Assembly: GCF_004010195.1 (NCBI RefSeq)
Contig: NC_057711.1
Location: 82,712,046-82,776,045, forward strand
Reading direction: 5' to 3'
DNA length: 64,000 nt
From: Chiloscyllium plagiosum
Taxonomy: Eukaryota
Positions within the stretch are counted from its first letter, which is position 1, and the number at the start of each line of letters is the position of its first letter. This document shows, one piece after another, positions 63,125 through 64,000 of the stretch. The translations under genes were made by a program, and so were the position numbers. The notes beneath the pieces are model-generated. The model was not told the origin of the DNA and searched no databases. It saw nothing but the letters and a program-made list of their open reading frames with translations.

Positions 63125-63640
63125 TTAGCCACTCTTACGCAAGATATATTGGCCTTGGAGAGAGTGCAATGTAGGTTTACAAAAATTACCCCTGAACTGC
63201 AGGGGGTTAAGTTATAAAGATTGATTATACAAATATGCTTGTTTCAGTAGAATTTAGAAAGTTAAGGGTTATCTGAACGAAGTCTTTAAGATAACAATGG
63301 GAAAAGATGGTAAATAAAGATAAACTATTTCCACTGCTTAGAGATTCTATAATAGGGAGCACAATCTAAAAATGAGGATCAGACCATTCAGGAAAGATGT
63401 TAGTAAGCACCTCTTCACCCAGAGTAATAGAGGTTTGGACAAAGCTTCCGCAAAAATGGCAGTTGTTGCTAGATTGTTCGTAATTTTAAATCTGTGAGAT
63501 GGATAAAGCTTTGAAAAGGTATTAAGGGATATGGGCCAAAGGCAGGTAGATGGAGTTAGGCCACCAATCAGCCCTGATCTCATTGTATGGCAGAACAGGC
63601 TCAAGGGACTAAATGGTCTATTTCTGCTCCTGTATTCCAG
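63125..63640 (+). mobile_element. CR1 3' fragment
   Basis: RKIYWPWRECNVGL (decayed KDILALERVQCRFT frame); 3' UTR tctgctcctgtattcc. Confidence 0.75.
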
Positions 63641-64000
63641 TGTTTCTTATTGATTGCCATCTTTTATTCTTCTTCAAACTCTGCTCATCATCTTTTGTGA
63701 ACTGTGCAGCTGTTTCACTTAATCCCATTCTTAGATCTTGCTCAAGGCAAACATTTTGGAAAGTGCACCATGAGATCACAGTTTTAGAGACTTGACTGAG
63801 AACAAGCTGCTGATCTTCTCTTGACCAATGAAATTTACTGAAACTATTAATTCAGAATTCCAGTAGTTTAATGTATACTCAGATGAATGAAGCTCATTGT
63901 GCTTTCAGTCTGAAACTCTGCTGGTCTAATGTGTTAACAGTCATAAAAAGTTGGTGGTGAAAATTTAACAATTATCTGAATGGGAGGGTTCATAAAAATG

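Overview
Eukaryotic (vertebrate) genomic DNA, almost certainly from a shark or other cartilaginous fish. The taxon is inferred from HE1-type V-SINEs, abundant CR1/HER1 LINEs and Penelope-like repeats. Roughly two thirds of the window (estimated by eye) is nested transposable-element debris: CR1 LINEs (one young copy with an open RT frame), Penelope-like elements (PLEs) of two clades, a Tx1/L1-like LINE, a Rex1/Babar LINE, Gypsy, pogo and Harbinger fossils, and SINEs. One host gene starts here on the + strand. It has a CpG/GC-box promoter at ~41.94-42.25 kb and four phase-compatible coding exons (42225-42242, 45350-45402, 57645-57725, 61831-61931). These splice to MANKVA-AESEEELDTGDAQIASES-DLQSETTLEVEPTQQAPEDESPSKFKS-LLRTCGMKYQQVQEFYSKHKTIIHRVILIIFLTG, the N-terminus of a concentrative nucleoside transporter most like SLC28A3; the gene continues beyond the window. 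The most unusual signal is a dense set of short, often palindromic PLE-derived inserts with 11-15 bp target-site duplications (TSDs). They carry minimal hammerhead-ribozyme cores (CUGANGA...GAAA) from several sequence families. One intact core sits next to the promoter, and one insert landed exactly in another element's hammerhead core. Inverted HE1 SINEs bracket exons 3-4, a geometry associated with circular RNA. There is a 500-N assembly gap at 47944-48443. No prokaryotic-type system (CRISPR, operon, rRNA) is present. All calls were made by eye, and TE boundaries are approximate unless a TSD is cited.
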